Below, one piece after another: positions 9,727 to 21,763 of a DNA stretch of 64,000 nucleotides. The translations under genes were made by a program, and so were the position numbers. The notes beneath the pieces are model-generated. The model ran no database searches. It saw only the letters and a program-made list of their open reading frames with translations, and was not told the origin of the DNA. The DNA comes from Mobula birostris (taxonomy: Eukaryota), in the NCBI RefSeq assembly GCF_030028105.1, contig NC_092374.1:175360057-175424056 (forward strand). Direction: 5' to 3'. The stretch's first letter is position 1, and each line of letters opens with the position of its first letter.

Positions 9727-12589
9727 CCAAGGAGAAAAGGCCAAGTTCACTCAACATATTCTCATAAAGCATGCTCCCCAATGCACCCTTTCTACGGCTT
9801 CCACATCCTTCCTGTAGTGAGACAACCAAAACTGAGCACAGTACTCCAAGTGGAGTCTGACCAGGGTCCTATATAGCTGCAACATTACATCTCGACTCCT
9901 AATTTCAATTCCGCGATTGATGAAGCCCAATACACCATACTCCTTCTTAACCATAGAGTCAACCTGTGCAGCTGCTTTGAGCGTCCTATGGACTCAGACC
10001 CCAAGATCCCTCTGATCCTCCACACTGCCAGGAGTCTTACTATTAATACTATATTCTGCCATCTTATTTCACCTACCAAAATGAACCACTTCACACTTAT
10101 CTGGGATGAACTTCATCTGCCACTTCTCAGCCCAGTTTTGCATCCTATCAATGTCCCACTGTAACCTTTGACAGCTCTCCACACTATCCACAACACCCCC
10201 AACCTTTGTGTCATCAGCAAACTTACTAACGCATCCCTCCACTTCCTCATCCAGGTCACTTATACCAATCACGAAGACTAAGGGTCCCAGAACAGATCAC
10301 TGAGGCACTCCACTGGTGACCAAACTCCATGCAGAATATGACCCATCTATAACCACTCTTTGCCTTCTGTGGGCAAGCCAGTTCTGGATCCACAAAGCAA
10401 TGCCATTGGATCCCATGCCTCCTTACATTATCAATAAGCCTTGCATGGGGTACCTTATCAAATGCCTTGCTGGAATCCATATACACTACATCTACTGCTC
10501 TTCCCTCATCAATGTGTTTAGTCAAATCCTCAGAAAGTTCAATCAGGCTCGTAAGGTACGACCTGCCCTTGACAAAGCCATGCTGACTATTCCTAATCAT
10601 ATTATGCCTCTCCAAATTTTCATAATTCCTGCCTCTCAGGATCTTCTCCATCAACTTACCAACCACTGAGGTAAGACTCACTGGTCTATGACTGGACTAG
10701 CTCTACTCACTTTCTTGAATAAAGAAACAACATTCACAACCCTCCAATCCTCCGAACCTCTCCCGTCCCCATTAATGATGCAAAGATCATCGCCAGAGGC
10801 TAAACTATCTCCTCCCTCGTCTCCCACAGTAGCCTGGGGTACACTTCATCCAGTCCCGGCAACTTATCCAACTTGATGCTTTCGAAAAGCTCCAGCACAT
10901 CCTCTTTCTTAATATCTACATGCTCAAGCTTTTCAGTCTGCTGAAAATCATCACTACAATCGCCAAGATCCTTTTCCATAGTGAATACTGAAGCAAAGTA
11001 CTCATTAAGTACTTCTGCTATTTCCTCCAGTTCCATACACTCTTTCCCATTCTTTCACATCTTATCCTTTTGCTTTTCATATACTTGTAGAATGCCTTGG
11101 AGTTTTCCTTAATCCTGCCCACCAAGGCCTTCTCATGGCCCCTTCTGGCTCTCCTAATTCCCTTCTTAAGCTCCTTCCTGTTCGGCTTATAATCTTCTAG
11201 ATCTCTAACATTACTGAGCTCTCTGAACCTTTTGTAAGCTTTTCTTCTTGACTAGATTTATTACAGCTTTTGTACACCACGGTTCCTGTACCCTACCGTA
11301 ACTTCCCTGTCTCATTGGAATGTACGTATGCAGAACTCCACACAAATATTCCCTGAACATTTGCCACATTTCTTCCGTACTTTTCCCTGAGAACATCTGT
11401 TTCCAATTTAAGCTTCCAATTTCCTGTCTGATAGCCTCATAGTTCCCCTTACTCCAATTAAACACTTTTCTAACTTGTCTGTTCCTATCTCTCTCCAATG
11501 CTATTGAAAAGAAGATAGAATTATAATCACTGTCTCCAAAATGCTTTCCCACTGTGAGATCTGACCCCTGACCAGGTTCATTTGCCAATACCAAATCAAG
11601 TACAGCCTCTCCTCTTGTAGGCTTATCTACATATTGTGTCAAGAAGCCTTCCTGAACACACCTAACAAACTCCACCTCATCTAAACCCCTTGCTCTAGGG
11701 AGATGCCAATCGATATTTGGGAAATTAAAATCTCCCACCACAACAACTCTGTTATTATTACACCTTTCCAGGATCTGTTTCCCTATCTGCTCCTCAATAT
11801 CCCTGTTACTATTGGGTGGCCTATAAAAAACATCCAGTAAAGTTATTGGCCCCTTCCTGTTCCTAATCTCCACCCACAGAGACTCTGTAGACAATCCCTC
11901 CATGGCGTCCACCTTTTCTACGGCAGTGACACTATCTCTGATCAACAGTGCCATGGCCCCACCTCTTTTGCCTCCCTCCCTGTCCTTCCTGAAACATCTA
12001 AAACCCGGCACTTAAAGTAACCATTCCTGTCCCTGAGCCATCCAAGTCTCTGTAATGGCCACCGCATCATATCTCCAAGTACTGAACCACGCTCTAAGCT
12101 CATCTGCTTCCTATCTCTGTGTAAAAGACTAGGCCCTCATATCACAGTTAAACTTCAACACTAAAACCTTAAAAGCATGTCCTTTGGCATTTATATTTCT
12201 ACCCTGGGGAAAAGGTTCTGAATATCCACCCTATCTATGCCCCTCCTAATTTTAAAATTGTCTATCAAGTCTCCCTTAAGCATCCAACATTCCAGGAAGG
12301 ACAGCTCAAGTCGTCTAACCTTTCCTTTTAGCTCATAACTCTAATTCAAGCAGCATCCTCGTAAACCTCTTCTGCACCCTCTCTACAGTTTCCACATCCT
12401 TCCTTTAGAGGGACGACCAGAACCACATGCAATACTCCAAGTGCAGCTTGTCTAAAGTTTTATATAGCTGTATTATAACTTTCTTACTGTTATACTGGAC
12501 ACCCTACCAATGAAGGAAAACATTCTGTACACCCTCTTTACCACTTATCCACTTGTGTAGCCACTTTCAGTGAATTATGGCTAGACCTC

Positions 12590-13866
12590 TGTCACAGTGG
12601 GGAGGGCATTGGGATCAAGGGTGGACCCAAATGCAAGACACATCTAGTGAGGTTAATTAGATTTAGATAATTGTTCGATACCAGGAGAGCAAAGCAGGAG
12701 CAGGAATAGCGAACTGGACAAGGACTCATGACTACGACTAGGCTGGGACTAAGGGTCTGGGCTAGGACTCGGAATCAGATCCCAAAACTGGAGGCGACGT
12801 GAAGAGGCTAGGGTATGGATTACGAGCCAGAGACTGGGCAAGGACCCAGCACCTGGGTCTTGCCCTGGGCCCAGACCCCAGAACCAGGCATGGACATGAC
12901 ATGGGCTAGGGAGAGGAGGAACATGGAAAAACAGAGCCTCGGTCTCGGGAGAGCAGGTACATGGAACCATGGACACATACACAGAACACAGAGTCGGGAC
13001 CCCTCCTTGGGTACAGGACACAGGGCCAGGACTCACACACAGAACAGAGCCGGGACCCCTCCTTGGGTACAGGACATAGGGCCGGGACTCATGACCCCCC
13101 GCGGGGCAACAGCAAGACGGCCTGACTTACCCCACGGAGGCGAGGACAAGACAAGACCAACACAAAAGAACACCAGACAGTACCTATCTAGCTCCGGCGA
13201 TAGAACTAGACCAAAGTACAGGCGAGGGCTGCAGACGAGGGCTAGAGGTGAGAGGAGGAGAGAAGGGATTCAGACAGGGGGGTAGGACAGGAATCACAGA
13301 CCACCAGAGCCAGGACTTGACTCGGAACTTGGAAGCTGCCAGGGCCAGGACTTGAGTCAGAACTTGGATGCTGCCAGGGCGAGGACTTGACTGGGTACTT
13401 GGATGTCCCCCGGAGCCAGCACTTGACTTGGAGCCTCTGGGTAGTGGCAAGCTCTTGAATCAGCCTGGGAGCAGTAGACAGCAGTTCTTGATTCCCTCCG
13501 GCGGGTGAACTGACAGACCCACCTCGGTGAGGAAACTTTGCAGGCTTGCTTTGGCGAGGTAACTTGACAGGGTTGCTCTGGTGAGGAAAGGCAAATTACT
13601 GGCACTCACTTCAGGTGGAGACTAGGCTTGCTCCGGCCAGGTGACATTGGCACGCCGTACCTTTGGTGACTTTGCAGACGCTTCCACCCCAAACAGCTGA
13701 AAGCCGGAGACTATAAACTACCGGCTCAGCCAAGGGTAAATTGCCTCTAATCACCAAGGCCAAGGGACACGGGAAAACAGGGAACCAAAGGGAAACAGGG
13801 AGTCAACGGTCCGGATCATAACATAAACAAAGTAATTTTAAAGAGACCCCGATCCAGACCATGACA
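12590..13866 (-). mobile_element. Solo LTR (family A variant) with two end-like motifs
   Basis: TGTCAC start; GATCATAACA ending at 13823 and ACCATGACA ending at 13866; flanks ACCTC/ACCCC within a CR1 fragment. Confidence 0.7.
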
Positions 13867-14947
13867 ACCCCAAGATCCCTCTATATTCTGATACTATTAA
13901 GAGGTGTCCAATTAACTGTATACTATCTCCTGTATACTATTGACTTCCCAATGTGTAACATCTCACACTTGCCCGGAATGATCTCCATCTGCCACTTCTC
14001 TGGCCATATCTGTAAATGGTCTGTATCTCACAGTATTCTTTGATGAGCTTTACATTGTCCACAACTCCACTTATCTTGGTGTTATCCACCTGTCTACTGT
14101 ACATTTTCATCCAGATCATTGATATAATCCATAAACAACAGAGGCCTCAACTTCTGACATGAGGCTCACTGCCTATAATTACCGGGATTTTCTTTTTTCC
14201 TGTCCTGAACAAAGGTAGAGGGATTAGTTTAGTTTGGAGTTAAGTTACTATTTTGATTAGTTTAGCACAGCATCATGGTTTGAAGAACATGTTCCTTTAT
14301 TGGACTGAACATGTACTTTATTGTACATGTTCCTTTATGTTTGATTGGGGACTCTGTAGTCAAGGGGCTTCCAGGGAAGGATGCTGCCTGGAGATATAAG
14401 GGACTGCAGATGCAGAGATGCAGGAATCTGGAGCTCCAAAAAATCTGCTGGGCTAAATCAGTGGGTTCAGCAGCATCTGTGGGATGAAAGGAATTGCCAA
14501 TGTTTTGGGTCAATACCCTATATCAGGTATATTGCATCCCTATTTCCAGGGGCAACAACTTCTGAGTGAGTGTAGGACATTTTGAAAGTGGTGGTCCATG
14601 TTGGTACTAATGGTCCACATTGGTACATAGACAGGAAGAGAGATGACATTCTGCAAAGTGAATTTAGGAAATCAGCTGAAATTGAAAAAAAAAGGACCTG
14701 TACAGTTGTAATCTCAAGATTATTCCTTGTGCCACGTGTAAGTTACAGTAGGAATAGGAAAGTTCTAATGCCTGGATAAGGATCTGCTGTAGAAGGGAGG
14801 ATTTCAGATACATAGCATTGGTGTCTGTCAGGGCAGATGGGACCTCTACAAGAAGGATAGGTTGCAGATAAAATGGAGGGGAATGAGTTTTGAAACAGGA
14901 AAATTTGTTCACACTGCTCGGGAATGTTTATACTGTACTAGTATGGC

Positions 14948-15525
14948 TGTCATGGTCCTGTCCGTTGACTCATCACTTCAGTTCATTTCCTTTTCCCCAT
15001 GTTCCACTGGGCTCCTTGATTAGGGCACCTGATCCTCATTCGAACCGGCAGCATAAAGACTCTGGCTCTTGTCTACTTGCCGCTGGTTCGTCATCTCAGT
15101 GATGCGGCTATGCTCGTACCAAGCCGCCGAGAATGAGTTGAATCGGGAGCCATCCATTCTCAGTTCCTGGGTCGAGTCGAGAGTCTGCCATCCAGCTGAG
15201 TTTTGCCGGCTGTTTGCCGCTTAAAGTACTGCCTGGAGTCGAGATACGAATGGACTGTCATTGTTGGTTTTTCCGTCTCGTGTCTGGCTGACTATTGCTG
15301 GCCGTTTGCCGCTCCTCCGAGCCAAGGTATGAATCATCTGTCTTTGTATGGTGTTGTCGTCTCCGTGGTCCAAGTCGTGTCTAAATCCAAGCTCGTAGTC
15401 CAAGGCCAACTCCAAGTCCAGACTCCTCCAGTTTGTAGTCCAACGTTCACGTCCGCATAATCATCCAACCCGATCTCTGTGTCTGTGTCCTGCACATGGG
15501 TCTGCTCCAGTTGCTCACAGCAACA
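14948..15525 (+). mobile_element. Solo LTR (family A), opposite orientation, perfect 5-bp TSD
   Basis: TGTCATGG...GCAACA; ATGGC at 14943-14947 and 15526-15530. Confidence 0.8.
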
Positions 15526-16705
15526 ATGGCAGGAGATAAGGACCAGAACAATAGGTCAGCAAGAAGAGGGATTGAGGGAAAGGGAGGAATTCGATTAGGT
15601 AAGTCTAATAGGAAGGACGGGCAGAGGAGCTAAGTTAATGAACACTGTGGAGTTTACAGTCTGAAGTCTTATTTTTTATCTTAATGCAAGGATTATTACA
15701 GGAAAGGCAAATTAATTTAGAATCTGGATTAGTGTGTGGAACTATGATGTTGTGGCCATTACAGAAACGTGGTTGAAGGAAGGGCAGGGCTGGCAGCTGG
15801 CAGTTCCAGGGTTTAGATACTTTAGAGAGTGATGTAAAAGAGATGGGGGATTTGCAATATTAATCAGAGAGAATGTCACAGCAGCACCTAGAAAGAACAA
15901 CCTGGATGGTTTATCTCAGAAACAGGAAAGCTGAAACCAGTATAAAACTAAAAACCCTCCAATAGCCAGCGGGAGATAGCAGAACAGACATTTAAAAGAC
16001 ACTTGGTCAGGTACATGGATAGTAAGGTTTAGAAAGCAATGTGGGCAAATGGGACTGGCGTAGATGGGAACCTTTACTGGCATGGATCATTTAGCCCAAT
16101 AAGCTTGTTTCTGAATCGTATGATTCTATGAACTGTGTCCATCTGTTCTGCAGGGAGCAGTGCTGGGCACTGGGTGGAGGGGGCGGTGTGGTGGTGACTC
16201 TGTTGTTTGTGATATATATATAAATGATACAGGTGAAAATGTAGATAGCGTTTAATCCAGGCAAATGTAAGATGTTGCATTTTGAGAGATCAAATGCAAA
16301 GGACAATAATAGTAAATGGAAGGGTCTTTGGAACATTGATATCAGTCCTGAGGTACAGTCCACAGCTCACTGAAAGTGGAACAAGTGATAGGGTGATAAA
16401 GAAGGTGAGCATCGTAATTTGCCTTTATTAGTTGGGGCATTGAGTGTGGAAGTCAGGCAGTCATGTTGCAGCTGTATAGAACTTTGGCCACATTTAGAGA
16501 ATTATGTGCAGCTCTGGTTGCCACATTACTAGAAGGATGTGGGGCCTGAAGGTGTTTATTAAGATGTTGCCTGGATTTGATCAAGTTAGCTATAAAGGGA
16601 AAGTGGACAAACTTGAATTGTTTTCTCTGGAGTCTCAGAGGCTCAGGGGAGACCAGATAGAAGTTTATAGAATTATGAGAGGTGTAGAGAGGTTAGACAG
16701 GAAGC

Positions 16706-16706
<1 letters not shown>

Positions 16707-16745
<39 letters not shown>
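16707..16745. repeat. (CA)n microsatellite
   Basis: Perfect AC run at the PLE terminus. Confidence 0.95.
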
Positions 16746-16750
<5 letters not shown>

Positions 16751-16796
16751 CTGAGGGAATTCAGCAGGTCAGATAGCATCTATGGAAATGATAAAC

Positions 16797-16832
16797 AATC
16801 AACGTTTCAGGCTGAGACCCTTCTTCAGGACT
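16797..16832 (-). ncRNA. Minimal hammerhead ribozyme motif (GUU triplet)
   Basis: Minus strand AGTC-CTGAAGA-AGGGTCTCAGCCT-GAAAC-GTT-GATT. Confidence 0.45.
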
Positions 16833-18211
16833 GAGAAGGAAGGCAGAAGATGTCAGAATAAAAAGGTGGAAGGATGGGGAGGAGGCTAGCTAGAAGGTGA
16901 AAGGTGAAGCCAGGTGGGTGGAAAAGGTGAAGGGCTGGTGAAGAAGGACTCTGATAGGAGAGGAGAGAGGACTGTAGGAGAAAGGGAAGGAGGAGGGGAC
17001 ACAGGGGGAAGTGATAGGAAGGAGAGAAGAGGTAAAAGGCCACAGTGGGGAATAGAGGAAGAGGAGAGGTGGAGGGAATTTTTTTAACTGGAAGGAGAAA
17101 TCGATATTCATGCCATCAGGTTGGAGGCTACCCAGATGGAATAAAAGTTGTTGCTCCTCCACCCTGAGGGTGGCCTCCTCTTGGCAAAGAAGGAGGCCAT
17201 GGACTGACGTGTTGGAACGGGAAATAGAATTGGAATTAAAATGTTTGGCCACCGGGAAATTCCACTTTTGGCAAATGGTGCTTGATGAAGCAGTCCCCCA
17301 ATTTATGACATGTCTCACCAATGTAGAGGAGGCCAGATTGGGAGCACCAGACACAATGGTTGCCCCCCCCCACCCCCCCGCAGATTCACAGGTGAAGTGT
17401 TGCCTCACCTGGAAGGACTGCTCGGGGCTTTGAATGGAGATGAGGGATGAGGTGATTGGGTAGGTGTAGCACTTTGGCCACATGCAGGGATAAGTGCCGG
17501 GAGGGAGGGATGAATGGAAAAGGGAATCGCATAGGGAGCGATCCAAGGGGGTGGAGAAATAAAGATATATTCAGTGATACGATCCCTTTGGAGATGGCAG
17601 AGGTTGTGGATGATGGTGTGTCAGATGCGGTGGCTCATGGGATGTTAGGTAAGGACAAGGGGAACTCTATTACTGTTAAGGTGCTGGGAAGCTGGGGTGA
17701 GCAGAGATTTTCAGGAAATGTCGAGATGCAGGTGAGCGCAGTATCAATAGTGGAGGGATGGAAATCCCATTCTTTAAGAAGGAGGGCATTTCAGATGTCC
17801 TGGAAAGGAAAGCCACATCCTGAGAACAGATGCAATGGAGGTGAAGGAAATGAGAAAAAGGAAGAGCAGTTTTACAGAGATAGGTTGGGGAGAGGGTAGA
17901 TAGAGAGTTTTTCCCAGAGTGAATTGTAGCAGTGTTTAAGAGGGATTTAGTCAGCAAATGGAGGGATACAGACCATGTGTGGGCAGATGGGTTCAGTTTA
18001 AATTGACATCACGATCAGTACAGACATGGAAGGCTGAAAGGCCTTTTCCTGTGCTGTGCTGTTCTGGTTCTCAGTGGAGAGATCAAGAGTCCAAAACCTA
18101 TAGTCAAAGTTTTCAATAGCAAAGATAGGGGAGGGTCAGGTACAGCAGAGGGAAGGGTAAAGGTTTGCCAGACCTGATGAAAAGCCTCAAACCTGATAAA
18201 TTAACCCAGTT

Positions 18212-18402
18212 AACAGGTAAAAGTTGCTGGTGAACGCAGCAGGCCAGGCTGCATCTCTAGGAAGAGGTACAGTCGACATTTCGGGTCTCGAAACGTCGAC
18301 TGTACCTCTTCCTAGAGATGCTGCCTGGCCTGCTGCGTTCACCAGCAACTTTTATGTGTGTTGCTTGAAATTCCAGCATCTGCAGATTTCCTCGTGTTTG
18401 CG
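18212..18402 (+). mobile_element. Fold-back miniature PLE insertion (~65-bp inverted arms) with 14-bp direct repeat
   Basis: Arms ~18219-18283 and ~18289-18352 are near-perfect reverse complements; AAATTAACCCAGTT at 18198-18211 and 18403-18416. Confidence 0.8.
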
Positions 18403-18648
18403 AAATTAACCCAGTTTCTCACTTATTGGTGTGGTCTGACTCACTGAACAGAGTGGATCCGTCCTCTCCTTCAACTCCGCGGTGAGAGGGTGAAGTAAAA
18501 TTATCTGCGTAGACTGTTCAATTCAACGTAGGTCAAAAGTCTCTCCTAAATGTTTCTTTTGAAGAAAGCGCCTCTTGTTGGAGCATCTCTTCCTCAACTA
18601 AAGCAAACTCAGTTTGGTGTAATTCGGAGCAAGTTGGTATGTATTCCA

Positions 18649-18692
18649 CCTGGAAACAGATGACGAGTGAGAATCTCGGCGTCTGATTGGTT
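18649..18692 (+). promoter_or_regulatory. MHC class II proximal promoter X1-X2-Y module
   Basis: X1 CCTGGAAACAGATG 18649-18662 (HLA-DRA, recalled: CCTAGCAACAGATG); X2 TGACGAG 18661-18667; Y CTGATTGGTT 18683-18692; 20 bp between X1 and Y; 150 bp upstream of the ATG. Confidence 0.9.
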
Positions 18693-18841
18693 CAGCTGCC
18701 CTCAGGCGCATATCAATAACAGACTGCACTAGAGTGAACGACTGAAGTTTGGTTTAATCGGTGGGAGAAACTGGTGGCAGATTGAGCGGAACTAGTGCTG
18801 GACGAAGAACGGTCGCGCTTGTGAGACCTGGGAGATTAAGA

Positions 18842-18908
18842 ATGGGAGCTGGGGTTTACTTCTCTGTGTTAGCGACGGCTTTAATATGTGGAGCACAGGC
18901 TACAAAAT
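18842..18908 (+). CDS. mhc2a: MHC class II alpha chain, exon 1 (signal peptide)
   Basis: MGAGVYFSVLATALICGAQATK plus T; donor GTGAGT at 18909; phase 1, completing TAC (Tyr) with exon 2. Confidence 0.9.
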
Positions 18909-19199
18909 GTGAGTTATCTGATAATAACATTTTAAATAATTTACTATTTGAACTCCCTGAAACCATTTGGCGTTATAATAGAGTATGTATTTATGTCTAT
19001 ATATGTTCTTAACCTTACAATGTTACGATAACTTTAACTTGTTTTAACAGAAAATATAGTCTGTGACAACCTATCTTCGGAATGTATCAATAATCCTAAA
19101 CCCACTGCCCGTCTATATTGACAAACTGGGAACCAAGTTTATATTTTATGTCTCAAAATCAGGGAATTTGAGACGTTGGACCTTGATCCTTCCTGGAGA

Positions 19200-21130
19200 G
19201 AGGTCTGCCATCTGATCAGAGTGACAGCAGGTTGAAACTGTGAGTTAGTTGGGGAGAAACATCACGGGTTTGTAAAGAGTGGGTCCGCTCACAAACCTGG
19301 AGGAATATCTGAAGTGGGGACTGAGGTAGCGGACAGGACAGGTCTGCCTGTTTTTATATCAACTTCAGGAAGGGAATTGCTGTTGACCGGAGCTCATGGA
19401 GATGAAGGGGAGTGTTGGCAGGAGGCGAGAAATCGGGATAATGGCCAATAATGGCCAGCCACTCGGCTGGACAGGTGTGAAGGTCCAACTGTCCCGGGCT
19501 CTGATTACAGCCTGTCGATGGGGTTCTGGGGTCCATGATGGCCCAGAGCGGGAGTTCTCTGCGTGGCGGCGTTAGAACAATAAAGGGAGTGGGGAACCGA
19601 GTGATGGGTTCAGCCCACGCACTGATATCCCGGCCGGAGCCAGACGGACGGAATAGTAACGTGTGTGAATTGAGGCAGTGATCAAGGTCTGTGTACAGGG
19701 CCACTCAGGTGACCACGCGGACTCGGAGGTCCTGAACACGGCTGGTGGAGTTAGTGCCCCAAAACTGGAGTTTCAGTCCAGTAGGAGATCGGACACTGCG
19801 GTGGAAGGGGTGGGGGACATACTGGCCAGTGAGGGAGGGAGTGTGGTCTGCATTCTCACAACAGCAGCTGGATTACACAGTTCAGACAGTTCCTCACTGG
19901 GGTTTAAAGGCGAGGGGTGTTTGATATGTTTCCTTTAGGATATACGGTGTAGAGGGAATTATCGGGGCAGTAATTTTTTTTTCACGTCCCTGTACAGGTG
20001 CAGGGGTACCGAAGTACAGAAACACAAAATCCATTTATTGTAAATCACATTCTACAACACTACAACATACACAACATACACAGAGACAATAACAGTGACT
20101 AACACAATGTAAATTAAAACGTTCCAATCCCTGTCGAGGACATTTACCGTTAACACCTCCATTGCACCCGTGAACACCGCGTGTTCCTTCTCCACGGTTC
20201 CCCGGGCACCGATACCCAACTCTCCCGGAACATCGCCTGGTTGTCATCCCAGACGGAACCCTCCGCTGCCCGCTTCCTGGTCCTACGGATAGCTACATTT
20301 TTTCCCAGTCCCAGGATATCCCGCTCCCTCCTTGCCTACCTCCGTACTGGATGACCACACTATGAGGCGGGTAGAGGTAAAATGCAACCAGAAGGCGAGG
20401 ACCAGTCCCTTCCCCTTGTCCCCACCCCAGATGTGCGAATAGGACTGCAGCCTCGTGTACTCCATGTACATCCGGTACACAATCTCTTCCAGCCCGTAGA
20501 AGTGACAAGTGGCTGAGAGATCCGTGTGCACTCACTAACTTCTACAGGGCACCGCTCAATGCAGAAACCCCCCATCTTCACCCCAAGTTCACCCGTACCA
20601 GGGAAGGACATCTTCGTAAAGAGAGTCCCATTGGATACCCTAGCGCTCACAGATGGGGAAACACCGACGGCCATTCGTGTCAGGACGGTGACAAGGGCTA
20701 GGAATTAGAGGGTATGGGGTAGAAACCGATACATTCATTTTCTACCCGCATCTCTGAATGACACTGGAAGTGGCAATGAGGTATGGAACAAATTCTGTGG
20801 GATTCATAACTCCGAATGAGCAGTTATGAGCCCATCCCGAGTCCCTCCACACACCTGAGTCACACCGACCTCCGATAAGACAGGACAGGGGGGTGGGGGC
20901 GTCCCTCCGCCAGCGGAGACATCTCCCGACCGGAGGGACAGGTTTCCAGATTTTAGCAGTCCTCATAGACGCCAGGCAATGCCTGCGCAGACCGGCCGAT
21001 GCCCCTTGGCAAGGCGAGGCTCTGCTGAAGTCTGGCCGCTCAGCGTCAGAGGGAGGGAGGTCAGTGTGGTGAAGCCGCGGCCTGGATTGGAGTTGGAGCC
21101 CGGCTCGGGGTCAAACAGAGAAATGGGAAG
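19200..21130 (-). mobile_element. Tx1/L1-like non-LTR retrotransposon remnants (two partly overlapping fragments)
   Basis: Frameshifted minus-strand peptides CHFYGLEE..VHGVHEAAVLFAHL..GLVLAFWLHF resemble the Tx1 ORF2 C-terminal CCHC region; related fragments at 57330-58330. Boundaries approximate. Confidence 0.55.
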
Positions 21131-21727
21131 GAGGACGAGGGGTGCGTGAATGAACGTGATGGGAGAAGGGGATTCGGAGGAGAGAAGAGAGCTTCACCTG
21201 TTGAGGTGTGAGGGAATTATCCCACTAGTTGGGAAGTCCAGAATCACAGAATTAGAGCAGGTCCTTCGGGATGAAGTTGGGAATCAGTTCCCGCACCAGA
21301 GTGTGGCAATATTGGAACTCTCTTCCTCGAGTGGTTATTTATGTGAGATTTTAATCTGACAGAGTCATGGAGTACTACAGTACAGAAATAGGCCCTTCGG
21401 CCCAACTAGTCCTCGCTGAACTGTTAATCTGCCCAGTCTCATTAACCTGCACCTAGTCAATTCTGATTGATGGTGTCTTGTTCGTCCATAAATTAAACAA
21501 ATAGTGCAAAAAGAGACAGAACAATGGAGGTAGTGAGGTGGTGTTCATGGTTCATTGTTCATTCAGAAATCTGACGGCGGAGGGGAAGACGTTGTTTTTA
21601 AAACATTGAGTGTGTGTCTTTAGGCTCCTGTACCTCCTCCTCGATGGTAGAAATGAGAAGGGGGCATGTCCTGGAGCAACTCTTGTTCCTCGGAAATAGA
21701 TAAAGTAACCCAAATGTGTTCTCTCGT

Positions 21728-21763
<36 letters not shown>

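Larger units (their letters stand above)
8317..12112 (-). mobile_element. CR1 LINE (endonuclease, RT, 3' tail), degenerate, interrupted by a solo LTR
   Basis: EN ORF 11211-12011 (..VVVGDFNFPNIDW..PTRGEAVLDLVL); RT fragments 10256-10681 (SLTSVVGKLME..KAFDKVPH) and 10069-10272 (SKFADDTKVGG); (TTCTATG)n-type tail at 8317. Confidence 0.9.
16704..17960 (-). mobile_element. Penelope-like element 3' part: GIY-YIG endonuclease remnant plus terminal repeat
   Basis: ORF 16890-17546 (PGTYPC..KCYTYP..QSFQVRQHFTCES..PVAKHFNS..EATLRVEEQQLLFHLGSLQPDGMNIDFS). Confidence 0.85.

Noticed and set aside
18761-19012. 83-aa ORF around exon 1
   Set aside because: The real start is ATG 18842 and a perfect donor is at 18909; the flanks are 5'UTR and intron read-through.
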